From an uncultured Acidobacteriota bacterium (GTDB taxonomy: Bacteria > Acidobacteriota > Thermoanaerobaculia > Multivoradales > UBA5704), in the NCBI GenBank assembly GCA_963770895.1, contig CAVYRF010000002.1:3136001-3200000 (forward strand): a DNA stretch of 64,000 nucleotides, written 5' to 3'. Below the pieces are notes generated by a model. The model saw only the letters and a list, made by a program, of their open reading frames with translations. It searched no databases and was not told where the DNA came from. How positions within the stretch are numbered: the first letter of the stretch is position 1; the number at the start of each line of letters is the position of its first letter. Below are positions 55,514 to 64,000 of this stretch, in pieces. Made by a program: the position numbers and the translations under genes.

Positions 55514-58016
55514 GCAGCATCCCCTCCAGCAGATCGGTTCTCACCTCGACCACCTCGTCGCCTTCGAGCACGGCCTCGCCGAAGGCTGTGAAAGCCGCCT
55601 CGTTGATGGTTTCGAGCGCTCCTTGCGGCAACAGGCCGAGCGCCTGGGTGAGCTGGGCGACCTTTTCGCGGCGCCACTCCGGACACGACGTGAGATAGCG
55701 TAGCAGGGCCGAATGGGCGGCATCCAAGCCGAGGATCGCGTAGCCGTCCGGGGCGGCGCGGCCAGCTGCGGGCGCGGCCGGAGTGATGGATGGAGCGGAC
55801 GCGGCGGCGGAGCTGGCGGAATCCACGGTGTCGGCGGAATCGAAGATCGAGGCCAGCACGCCGTGGAGCGCTGCCGTTTCCGCGATCGTGGTGCGAATCC
55901 GTGCCGCGTCGAGCACCGGACCCGGCGCAGTCGCAGGCGCCACCGGCGCCGCGGCCGCCGGCGGCGGCAGGGCAAAGCCAGCCGAGCTGCCGGCCGGCGC
56001 CACGATGATCGGCGCATCGGCCGATGAGGCGGCGACCGAGGAGCCGGCGGCAAGGGCGTCGGCGGCTGGGGCCGCGGGCGCGCCGAGGGCGCCGGCAGCA
56101 GCAGGCGCCGCCCCCGCGCTGAGGCGCGCGTGGACGTCGGAATAGACCTGCGCCGCCGGCAGGCCGAGAAGGCCGTAGATCTTCGCCAGGTGCGGCAGAT
56201 GCTCCGGCAGCGGCTGCCCTTCCGCCGTGACCAGCTCGACCAAGGCGCGCGGCAGCCACCCGCGCTGGGCGCTATCGAGCGGCGCCAGCCGCTTCCTAAC
56301 CTCTACAGGGCCCGGAGGATTGGCAATCAGCCAGAGGCGCCGCGCCTCCAGGCGGGCGAGCCATGCCGGGGAGCAGCCCAGACTGCCCGCGAAGGACGCC
56401 GCAAGCTGGTGCTCGCGGTGCGCGAGAAGCGGCGCCGCGCCGTCGCGTACCGTGGCCGCCAGATGAAGGAGCGCATCGGCCGCCCCGCTGCCAGCGGTCG
56501 CGGCGGCTGTGACAACGCCGGCGGTCGCGGCGGCGGTAGCGCCATCGCCGCCGGCGCGGCCACCACCCCCGGCGCTATCAGCGCCAGGCTGGAAGAAAGC
56601 CAGCCGGTGGACGCGGGACGGCGCGAAGCCGGCCATCCGAGCGTCGGGCTCGACGCCATAGCCGCGCGCCTCGAGAAACGCCGCCAGGGCTTCGGCATCG
56701 CCGCGGGCGAAGCGTCCGGCGCTCTTCGCCGGCCAGCGGGCGGCCACATCCCGCAGCTCGACGACGCCGCGATCGGGGCCGGCGATCTGCTCGGCGATCC
56801 AGGCGAGCAGCGACTTTCCCGCGGCGCTGTCGTGCGCCGCGGTCAGCTCGTGCGGCAGGAGAGCCACGGCCGCCGGGCTGTCGCCTTCGCCCGTCCGGCC
56901 GATCCACCGGCTGTAGGGCGCCAGCTCGTCGAGAACGCGGTTGCCGAGGTCCCGCAAGAGCGGTGGCGGCGCCGTGACGTCGACGTCCGGCATGTCGGGC
57001 AGAGCGAGCGGAAGAGGGCCGTCGAAGGTCGGGCTCGCGGCCACGTACTGCGTGGTGAGCCGGGCGCCGCCCGCCTCCAGCTGGAGCCCCGCCGCGAACG
57101 CCTCGTGGTAGCGCAGCAAGAAGAGGCGCCGGAAGTCCTCGGAGCAGCGCTCCGCCGCTCGGCGATGGCTGACCTCGGGCAGCGCGAGCATCCAGGCGAG
57201 CGCCCACTCGCCGGGCAGCGGCGCGCCGCGCCCGGCGCAAGCGCCGAGGCCGATTTTTAGGTCCAGCCAGCTGTTCGCCGACGTGGCGTCGAGCGGCGGC
57301 GCCAGGGTCGCTGGATTCACCCCTTCGAAGAGGATATTCACGGCGCGCAGGAAGCGGCTGGCATAGCCGTGAAATGACCGATTGGCGCCATACAGGGCGA
57401 GCAGCCGGCGCACCTCCGCAACCAGCAGCGGCACCTCCCGCGTTGCTGCCGGGTACCGCCGCGCGTCGATCAGCAGCCGGCGCTCGATGCCGTAGAAGTA
57501 CAGGAAGACGTAGCCGATATGGGCCAAGGGATCGGCGCGCCCGCCGGCGAGCCAGGCGAGATAGGCCGCCCGGCAGGCGGGCGGCATCGTCGAGTAGGAC
57601 GGCCAGTACGACATCTGCGCGCCCTGGTGGTCGGGGTGGCTCCGCGCCACCGGCAACCGCGGGTCGATGAGCGCCGGCTCGACGGGGGCGCGCCACCGGC
57701 TGAGTCCGGCGAGTCCCGACCCGACGTACAGCATGCCGGTGCCCAGGTCGAAGCCGCCCACCCTTCCGGACCACTCGCGCGGCTGCCACCAGCCATCCCG
57801 CACGGCGGCCGCGGAGACCGGCGCGGCGGACGCGACGGAGGCGACCGAGGCGACCCGGACCGCAACGGCCGACTGCGGCACCGGATCCGGATCCGCCGCC
57901 GGCGGGATGGGGCCGATCGCCAGCGAGATCGGGCCAGCCTGGCGCGCGGCGAGGTCGGCGCGCAGCCGCGCGATCGCCTGCTCGGCCCAGCGCAGCACTT
58001 CCGCGCCGAAACTCAC
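55506..58016 (-). CDS. TerB-N / TerB-like / TerB-C domain protein (Shango SngA-like)
   Basis: GMLYVG, EPALIDPRL, YWPSY..M.P..RAAYL.WL.GGR, IGYVFLYFYGIERRL (TerB-N); C-terminal GLL..GALETINEAAF (TerB-C); GTG start overlapping the upstream stop. Confidence 0.88.
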   Translation of the reverse strand: MSFGAEVLRWAEQAIARLRADLAARQAGPISLAIGPIPPAADPDPVPQSAVAVRVASVASVASAAPVSAAAVRDGWWQPREWSGRVGGFDLGTGMLYVGSGLAGLSRWRAPVEPALIDPRLPVARSHPDHQGAQMSYWPSYSTMPPACRAAYLAWLAGGRADPLAHIGYVFLYFYGIERRLLIDARRYPAATREVPLLVAEVRRLLALYGANRSFHGYASRFLRAVNILFEGVNPATLAPPLDATSANSWLDLKIGLGACAGRGAPLPGEWALAWMLALPEVSHRRAAERCSEDFRRLFLLRYHEAFAAGLQLEAGGARLTTQYVAASPTFDGPLPLALPDMPDVDVTAPPPLLRDLGNRVLDELAPYSRWIGRTGEGDSPAAVALLPHELTAAHDSAAGKSLLAWIAEQIAGPDRGVVELRDVAARWPAKSAGRFARGDAEALAAFLEARGYGVEPDARMAGFAPSRVHRLAFFQPGADSAGGGGRAGGDGATAAATAGVVTAAATAGSGAADALLHLAATVRDGAAPLLAHREHQLAASFAGSLGCSPAWLARLEARRLWLIANPPGPVEVRKRLAPLDSAQRGWLPRALVELVTAEGQPLPEHLPHLAKIYGLLGLPAAQVYSDVHARLSAGAAPAAAGALGAPAAPAADALAAGSSVAASSADAPIIVAPAGSSAGFALPPPAAAAPVAPATAPGPVLDAARIRTTIAETAALHGVLASIFDSADTVDSASSAAASAPSITPAAPAAGRAAPDGYAILGLDAAHSALLRYLTSCPEWRREKVAQLTQALGLLPQGALETINEAAFTAFGEAVLEGDEVVEVRTDLLEGMLHG

Positions 58017-61000
58017 GGCCACGGGGTTCCCATTTCGATGACGCGGCAGAGCGCGTTGGCGAGCCGCATCTGGCGCGGCGTCCGGCACCGCACCCGCGCC
58101 AGGTCGGGGCTGGCGACCACCACGGCGAGGCAGCAGCCGCGCGAGGTCGCGACGTTGAGGCGGTGCAGGCTGTACAGAAACTCCATGCCGCGCGGCGCAT
58201 CCTGGGCGGTGCTCGTCGCCATCGAATAGATCGCGATCGGCGCTTCCTGACCCTGGAACTTGTCGACCGTGCCGACGAGCGCGTCGGGCAGCGCCTCGCT
58301 GATCGTCTTGACCTGCGCATTGTACGGCGTGATCACCAGCACGTCGCCCATGCCGAGTGGGCGTGATAAACCTTTCGAATCCGACCACGTCCCCGCCGCG
58401 GCAAGCAGCGCGCCGACGATGCGGGCGATGAGCGCCGCCTCCTCGCTCGACTCCTTGCCGTTGCCGGCATGCGGCACGGGGAGATAGCGCAAACCGGCGC
58501 CGTCGAGCGGTCCCGCGCCGCGCACTTGCTGCCGATCGCGGCCGGCCTCAGGCGCCAGGCGGTCGTCGTAGAAGGCGCTGGAGGTGAAGTCGCAGATCGC
58601 GGGATGCAGGCGCCACGTCCGCTCGAGGAAGAGCCCCAGCTCCGGCGGCATGGTGAGGGCACCCCCGAGCAGGTGGGCCAGCGCCGACTTCTCGGCTCCC
58701 GGCGGATGGCTGCCGCGCAAAGGCTGATCCAGCTGTTGCGGGTCGCCGAGCAGGACGAGATTGCGGGCGCTGGGCGCGACGGCCACCGTGTTGGCGAGCG
58801 ACATCTGGCCGGCCTCGTCAACGAACAGCGTGTCGACCGCCGCGCCGAAGTCCTCGCGCGCCCACATCCAGGCGGTGCCGCCGGCGACGTCGATCGCACG
58901 CTCCCGAAGCGCCCGCAGCAGCGACTCGTTGGTGCCGAAGCTTTGCGCGCCGGCGCAGGTGCAGCTCTCCCCGGCGCCGGGCTTCTGGCCGAGCCGCAAC
59001 GTCAGCTTGCGCGCCGCGGCGGCGAGCGCCACCTTGTCGAGCAGATTGCCGATCACCTTATGGCTGTTGGCGGTCACCCCCACCTGCCGGCCCGCCGCCA
59101 CCAGATCGACGATCATCTCGGTGCCGGTCGTCGTCTTGCCCGAGCCCGGCGGCCCCTGGATGGCGAGGCAGCCCCGGTCGAGGGCCAGGCCGAGCCGGCG
59201 CGCCGCCACCGCCGCCGGCTCGTCGCCGGCAAGGACGCTGCCCGCCGCCTGGCCGGCGCGCGGCGGCCGCCGCAGCAGGAGATCCCGCGCGGCCCCGTAG
59301 CGCCCGTCGCCCTGCTCGTTCTGCTCGCTCTGGAGACCGTGCTCGATCACCCACTCGGCCACCCGCAGCAGGCTGTCCTTCTGCTCCTGTGCCTTTACCA
59401 ACAGCTCCGGGATCACCGAGGTGGGGTGCGGCTCGGCGCTGGTCCGGCCGCGCTTGAGGTCGAGCGTCCCGGCCGCGGTGTCCACCGCGACCACCTCGAT
59501 CGACTTGCCGGTCGCGGGATCCTTGACCGGTCTGCCCGGGCTCACCTCGTGCTCCTGCGGTGGAAACCGATAGCGGTGCACCAGCGACCTGGCCACGGTA
59601 GCGACGACGCCCTCGTAGACTAGGCCGCCGATCGGCTCCGGCTCCTCGATCCTTTCCTCGTCGCTCAGCCCGACCAGGAAGAACCAGCGCCACCATGCCG
59701 CCTTGTCCTCGCGGCGGTGCCAGGAAAGCAGCTGCGCCAGCAGCCAGCGGGCGCGCGCCGCGTCGCAATCACCAGCCACCCCGGCCTCGGCGCCGACGGC
59801 GGTTTCGTCCTTCTCGTCTTTCTCGACGCTCGCGGGCCCGGCCGCGGCCGGATCGAAGCCGGCGGTCAAGCGCTCCTCCGCCGCCCTCACCCGCTCTAGA
59901 TATTCGGTCAGCGCCGGGCTCGGCGACGGCTCGGGCCGCGCCGGCCGCGCCAGCGGCGTACCGCCCAGCCGCTCGGCCAGCTCGCGCCGGCGCTCCTCCA
60001 GCCAGTCGCGCAGGCGCCAGTTCGAGCGGCAGTCGTCGCGGTTGTACGCTTCGACGTGCTCCCGAATCGCCGGATCGCCATCTGGGCGGCCGCCTTCGTC
60101 CAGCCAGGCCGAAAAGGTCGCGAGGCTCGCGCCGGCGTCGCGCAGATCGACGGCGCGCTCGAAGCCGTACAGGGGTTCCAGACACTTGATCGAGTAGCTC
60201 TCGACCGAGGCCCGCAGCGATTGCCGCACCACGCGATAGAGGTCGACCAACACGCCACCGCGCAGCAGGCGATCCACCGCGTCCTCGCGCGTGGCGTGGC
60301 GGCCCATGAGGCGGCTGAGCGCCGTGCGCTCGTAGGGCGCGTAGTGGTAGATGTGGAGGTGCGGATCGCGCTCCAGCCGCGCGATGAAGAAATCGACCGT
60401 CTGCTCGAAGGCCCGGCGTTCGCCGGCGAGACTGATGGCGCCGCCATCGTCCCAGGACCAGAAGCGGTGGAACGCCGGCTCGCTCGCGGCATCCGGGCAG
60501 CCCGGATCGACAATGCCGAAGAGGAAATCGACGCCATCTTCGAGCGCGAACGGATCCCCCTCCATGTCGAAGAAGAGGTCGCCCGGCGAGGGCGCGGGAA
60601 GACCCGCCAGGCCGAGCGCGGGCTCGAGCTCGCCGGCGCGCGTCCGTGGCGGTTCGAGCAGCTCGTAGAGCGTGCGTCCGGCGCGCTCGCCCTCCACCTG
60701 GATGCGGGCCTGCTCGCGAACGCGCGCCAGGGCCGCGTCCTTGGTGCCGGCGGCCGCTCCGCGTTCCGCCGGTGGCAGCAGGGCGAGGGCTTGCCGCGTC
60801 GTGACGTCGCGCTCGCGCAGGTCGCGCCGCTGCTGCGCGGTGATGCCGGCGACCAGCGAGAGGTCGTCGACGCGGCGCAGGTGCGCCCGGCACTCGCCGC
60901 TCCACCGGCAGACCTCGCAGTGCTCCACAGGGTCGGGGCGGGTGGGAGGCGGAAAGCAGGGGGCGCCGTGGATGGGGAGCGCTTCGAAGCGCTGCTTGAC

Positions 61001-61594
61001 CAGCCGGTAATAGGCCGCGTACGAGGCCACCCGATGCGCCTCGACGCGCCGCAAGCTGCCGCCGAGCACCACATGCATCCAGGTGGGAGTCACGCCCTGG
61101 ACGGCGGCCAGCAGCTCGCTGTAGAGCGACAGCTGCAGCACCGCGCCGGCAGTCGCTTGGCGCGCCAGCTTGGTGTCGTACACCTCGTAGCTCCAGGGGC
61201 CGAGGGCGCTCGGCACCTCGACGCGCACCAGGAAGTCGGCGTGGCCGCGCCAGCGCCCGTCGAAGAGCGTCGCCTGGTAGACGACGTCGTCGCCGCGATG
61301 CAAGGCGGCCGCCAAGTCCTCGACCGCGGCGCGGAGCGCCGTGCCGCTCCGCGCTCCCCAACCGTCGTTCGCCATCTCGGTGACGCGGCGCCCCTCGGCG
61401 CGGAGCGCCGCCAGGAACCGCTTCTCGTGCTCCAGGCCGCGCCGCGCGATCGCGTCGAGCTCGGGATCCTCGCGGAAGGGCCGCTTGGCGAGGCCGGCGA
61501 GCGCCGCGGCCTCGAGATGCGCCAGGTGCTCGCAGGCCAGGTAACCGACGAGGTCGGTAGCGCTCCAAACGGTTTGGCCGTCGATCCGCTGCAT
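58013..61594 (-). CDS. TM0106-family RecB-like nuclease + RNase H-like domain + SF1 (UPF1/DNA2-like) helicase
   Basis: SATDL...L.C, GHADFL..YDTKL (PD-(D/E)xK), CEVCRW..C, FFDMEG, SYSIK, YNRDDC, QGPPGSGKT, VDEAGQ, GDPQQL, TVDKFQGQE, RLNVATSR. Confidence 0.93.
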   Translation of the reverse strand: MQRIDGQTVWSATDLVGYLACEHLAHLEAAALAGLAKRPFREDPELDAIARRGLEHEKRFLAALRAEGRRVTEMANDGWGARSGTALRAAVEDLAAALHRGDDVVYQATLFDGRWRGHADFLVRVEVPSALGPWSYEVYDTKLARQATAGAVLQLSLYSELLAAVQGVTPTWMHVVLGGSLRRVEAHRVASYAAYYRLVKQRFEALPIHGAPCFPPPTRPDPVEHCEVCRWSGECRAHLRRVDDLSLVAGITAQQRRDLRERDVTTRQALALLPPAERGAAAGTKDAALARVREQARIQVEGERAGRTLYELLEPPRTRAGELEPALGLAGLPAPSPGDLFFDMEGDPFALEDGVDFLFGIVDPGCPDAASEPAFHRFWSWDDGGAISLAGERRAFEQTVDFFIARLERDPHLHIYHYAPYERTALSRLMGRHATREDAVDRLLRGGVLVDLYRVVRQSLRASVESYSIKCLEPLYGFERAVDLRDAGASLATFSAWLDEGGRPDGDPAIREHVEAYNRDDCRSNWRLRDWLEERRRELAERLGGTPLARPARPEPSPSPALTEYLERVRAAEERLTAGFDPAAAGPASVEKDEKDETAVGAEAGVAGDCDAARARWLLAQLLSWHRREDKAAWWRWFFLVGLSDEERIEEPEPIGGLVYEGVVATVARSLVHRYRFPPQEHEVSPGRPVKDPATGKSIEVVAVDTAAGTLDLKRGRTSAEPHPTSVIPELLVKAQEQKDSLLRVAEWVIEHGLQSEQNEQGDGRYGAARDLLLRRPPRAGQAAGSVLAGDEPAAVAARRLGLALDRGCLAIQGPPGSGKTTTGTEMIVDLVAAGRQVGVTANSHKVIGNLLDKVALAAAARKLTLRLGQKPGAGESCTCAGAQSFGTNESLLRALRERAIDVAGGTAWMWAREDFGAAVDTLFVDEAGQMSLANTVAVAPSARNLVLLGDPQQLDQPLRGSHPPGAEKSALAHLLGGALTMPPELGLFLERTWRLHPAICDFTSSAFYDDRLAPEAGRDRQQVRGAGPLDGAGLRYLPVPHAGNGKESSEEAALIARIVGALLAAAGTWSDSKGLSRPLGMGDVLVITPYNAQVKTISEALPDALVGTVDKFQGQEAPIAIYSMATSTAQDAPRGMEFLYSLHRLNVATSRGCCLAVVVASPDLARVRCRTPRQMRLANALCRVIEMGTPWP

Positions 61595-61835
61595 GACGTA
61601 GCCGAAGGTGACGTGGGGACCGAGCCACTGTAGCAGAAACCCTCGAAGATGCTTAGATCTTCGACAAAGCACCTCCTGCACAAACACTGTCCAAGGACAG
61701 CGCCCGCCTACCGGGTTGCTGCGGGTTTGCGTGCTCTTGTGCTATGCTTTTGGGGCTATCGACTGACGTCACGTCTGCCAGGTCACGCTTGCAACCAACG
61801 CCGCAGCTCTGACCTGTACCGCTGGCCCTATCGCC

Positions 61836-62177
61836 ATGATCGTGGAGAAGCGCCATCTGGAGGGGGGGATCACTCTCCTCAACGTCGAAGGGGTCATCAA
61901 GCTGGGGGAGAGTGCGCAGTTTTTCGCCCAGACCCTGGACCGCACGCTGACCGACGACACCAGCCACGTGATCATCGACTTCAGCCGCATCAACTACATC
62001 GATTCGACCGGCATCGGCGAGCTGGTCGGCTACCTGGGCCGCTTTCGCAGCTTCCGGCGGGAACTGGTGCTGGTCAACCCGTCGGATCGCATCCGCAAGC
62101 TGCTGCACGTGGCGCGCCTGGACACGCTGTTCCCCACCTACGACTCGGTGGACGCGGCGCTCGCGGCGCAGCGCTGA
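61836..62177 (+). CDS. STAS-domain anti-sigma factor antagonist
   Basis: VIIDFSRINYIDSTGIGELV with conserved phosphoserine. Confidence 0.93.
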   Translation: MIVEKRHLEGGITLLNVEGVIKLGESAQFFAQTLDRTLTDDTSHVIIDFSRINYIDSTGIGELVGYLGRFRSFRRELVLVNPSDRIRKLLHVARLDTLFPTYDSVDAALAAQR

Positions 62178-62305
62178 TCCGCCCGCTCCCGCCGGCCGCT
62201 AACCCCGCTGCAGACGATCGCCGTTGCTCGCCCGCGGCCGGCAAGGGTCGTTCAGGGTCGGGGTTGGGTCCCTAACATGTGCGGGTCAGGTACACTACCG
62301 GGTTG

Positions 62306-62887
62306 ATGGCACGCCGCAGACTGCCGCTTTGGATGCGGATCGCCGCCGGCCTGCTTGCGGCCGCCACTCTGGCCGGCTGCGGCACGATCGCGCACTGGAT
62401 GGACGCGCGGCGGGCCAGGAAGGGGCCCTATGCGATCGTCAGCCCGGCGGTCGCCTTCGAGATCATGCGCGATGCGCCGCTGGTCTTTGTCCTGGACCTG
62501 CGCTCGCCCGAAGCTTTTCAGGGGCCGTACGGCCACGTCCGCAACGCTTTCAACATCCCGCTGGGACGCCTGCCCTACCGGCTGCTGGAGATGCGGGCCT
62601 ACAACCGTGAAACCTTCCTGGTCTACTGCGACACCGCCGATTGCGGCCTTGCCGGCATGAAGGTCCTGAAGGACAGCGGCTTCACCGACGCGGTCCTGAT
62701 CCGCGGCGGCATCGGCGGCTGGCTCTGCGGCGGCTTCGCCACCTTCGTGCGAACCGGCACCGTGATTCCGGCCAATGCCAAGGTCCGCAAGCGCAAGAAC
62801 GTCGAGCTTGAGCCGGACAGCAACCAGACGCAATACGAGCTGCAGGTCATCCCGCCTCCCCTGGCACAGTCTTGCGGCAACGGGTGA
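62306..62887 (+). CDS. rhodanese-like domain lipoprotein
   Basis: Lipobox LAGC; LDLRSPEAF, GHV..A.NIP, LVYC, GGIGGW; start uncertain (62279 or 62306). Confidence 0.85.
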   Translation: MARRRLPLWMRIAAGLLAAATLAGCGTIAHWMDARRARKGPYAIVSPAVAFEIMRDAPLVFVLDLRSPEAFQGPYGHVRNAFNIPLGRLPYRLLEMRAYNRETFLVYCDTADCGLAGMKVLKDSGFTDAVLIRGGIGGWLCGGFATFVRTGTVIPANAKVRKRKNVELEPDSNQTQYELQVIPPPLAQSCGNG

Positions 62888-62915
62888 CCGCCGCGGCTCT
62901 TCTTCGGAGACCCTG

Positions 62916-64000
62916 ATGACGGTACAAAGCCCTGTTCCCACCGCCACCGCCGCCCTGCGCGAGGCGCAGCAGCGATTTGGCGAGCGCATCGTGCTGGACC
63001 TGGAATCGCGCAGCGCCCTGCGCTCCGACTTCGGCCGCATGGTGGACGACCTGCCGGCGGCCGTGGGCCGCTGCGCCTCGGCGGAGGAGGTTGCCGAGCT
63101 GGTCCGCTTCTGCCGCGAAAAGCACATCCCCATCGTGTCGCGCGGCCAGGCGCACTGCCAGAGCGGCCAGTCCACCTCGAACGGCGGCATCGTGCTGGAC
63201 ACCTCCGCCATGGCGGTCATTCACGAGATCGACCAGGCCGGACAGACCGCCACCGTCGGCGGCGGCGTCCTCTGGCGCGACCTGGTGGACGCCACCCTGC
63301 CGCTCGGTCTGGTGCCGCGCGTGCTGACCAACAACCTGGGCGTCAGCATCGGCGGCACCCTGTCGGTGGCGGGCCTGGGCGTCGCCAGCTTCCGCTATGG
63401 CGCGCAGGCCGACAACGTGATCGAGATGCAGGTGGTCACCGGCGCCGGCGACATCGTGACGTGCTCAGCGCGCGAAAACCGCGAGCTGTTCGACGTGGTG
63501 CGCTGCGGCCTGGGCCAGTTCGCGGTCATCGTCAGCGCCAAGCTGCGGCTGCGGGCCTGCAAGCCGACGGTGCGCATGTTCTACCTGCTGTACGACGACC
63601 TGGCGACGCTGATGCGCGACGTCGAGGGCATCATGCAGCCGGGGACGGCGTGGACCTCGCTCGAAGCCTGGTGTACCCCCTGCCTGCAGGGCATGCGGCA
63701 CATCGGCGAGGGCATGGAGCTGGGCGAAGGGATCCAGACGTTCGCGCAGTGGTTCTACCCGCTGCACCTGACCGTCGACCTCGATCCCGACGAAGCGGCC
63801 GGCCACGACGACGCAGCGGTGCTCGCCGCCCTGCACCCCTATCGCCACGTCCACACCGAGGACTTCTCGCAGCACGAGTTCTGCCACCGCATGGACCCGG
63901 TCTTCGAGCTCTGGCGGCGCAGCGGCTACTGGGACATGCCGCACCCGTGGACCGAAACCATCCTGCCGTGGGACACGGCGCACCAGTTCATCGAGCAGGT
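62916..64000 (+). CDS. FAD-binding (VAO/PCMH-type) oxidoreductase, cytokinin-dehydrogenase-like; truncated by the window end
   Basis: Not in the ORF track (no stop in window): SDFG, RGQAHCQSGQS, SIGGTLSVAG.G..SFRYGAQADNV, GLGQF, PHPW. Confidence 0.85.
   Translation, partial: MTVQSPVPTATAALREAQQRFGERIVLDLESRSALRSDFGRMVDDLPAAVGRCASAEEVAELVRFCREKHIPIVSRGQAHCQSGQSTSNGGIVLDTSAMAVIHEIDQAGQTATVGGGVLWRDLVDATLPLGLVPRVLTNNLGVSIGGTLSVAGLGVASFRYGAQADNVIEMQVVTGAGDIVTCSARENRELFDVVRCGLGQFAVIVSAKLRLRACKPTVRMFYLLYDDLATLMRDVEGIMQPGTAWTSLEAWCTPCLQGMRHIGEGMELGEGIQTFAQWFYPLHLTVDLDPDEAAGHDDAAVLAALHPYRHVHTEDFSQHEFCHRMDPVFELWRRSGYWDMPHPWTETILPWDTAHQFIEQ

Overview
Very GC-rich bacterial DNA, probably Acidobacteriota (inferred from an ADOP-type duplicated permease, a DUF3857/transglutaminase pair and an 'FYTVTPCRVIDTR' C-terminal domain). 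No rRNA, tRNA or CRISPR array was seen. From left to right: (1) a lower-GC edge with a hypothetical gene and a decayed IS3-family transposase; (2) a GAF-kinase / REC-PP2C / cNMP-kinase signalling operon; (3) an M1 aminopeptidase, a squalene synthase and two DUF3857 proteins; (4) a six-gene mevalonate operon of the alternative (phosphomevalonate decarboxylase + isopentenyl phosphate kinase) type, bracketed by two direct-repeat copies, 7600 bp apart, of a composite structured-repeat + MITE element; (5) PhzF, ADOP permease, XRE regulator, higBA, an S53 protease, queE and a dipeptidase; (6) an ECF sigma / anti-sigma / S8 protease unit divergent from cupredoxin, Cx4CH lipoprotein and beta-barrel genes, with two matching back-to-back ECF-like promoters; (7) housekeeping and redox genes and a doubly frameshifted pruA; (8) a lanthipeptide-like precursor ORF missing from the ORF track, next to a glycosyltransferase; (9) a four-gene putative anti-phage operon, in which a TM0106 nuclease-helicase is translationally coupled to a Shango-like TerB / DUF2791 ATPase / Lhr-type helicase trio; (10) STAS, rhodanese and a truncated cytokinin-dehydrogenase-like FAD oxidoreductase. 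All family calls come from motif recognition by eye, without database searches.
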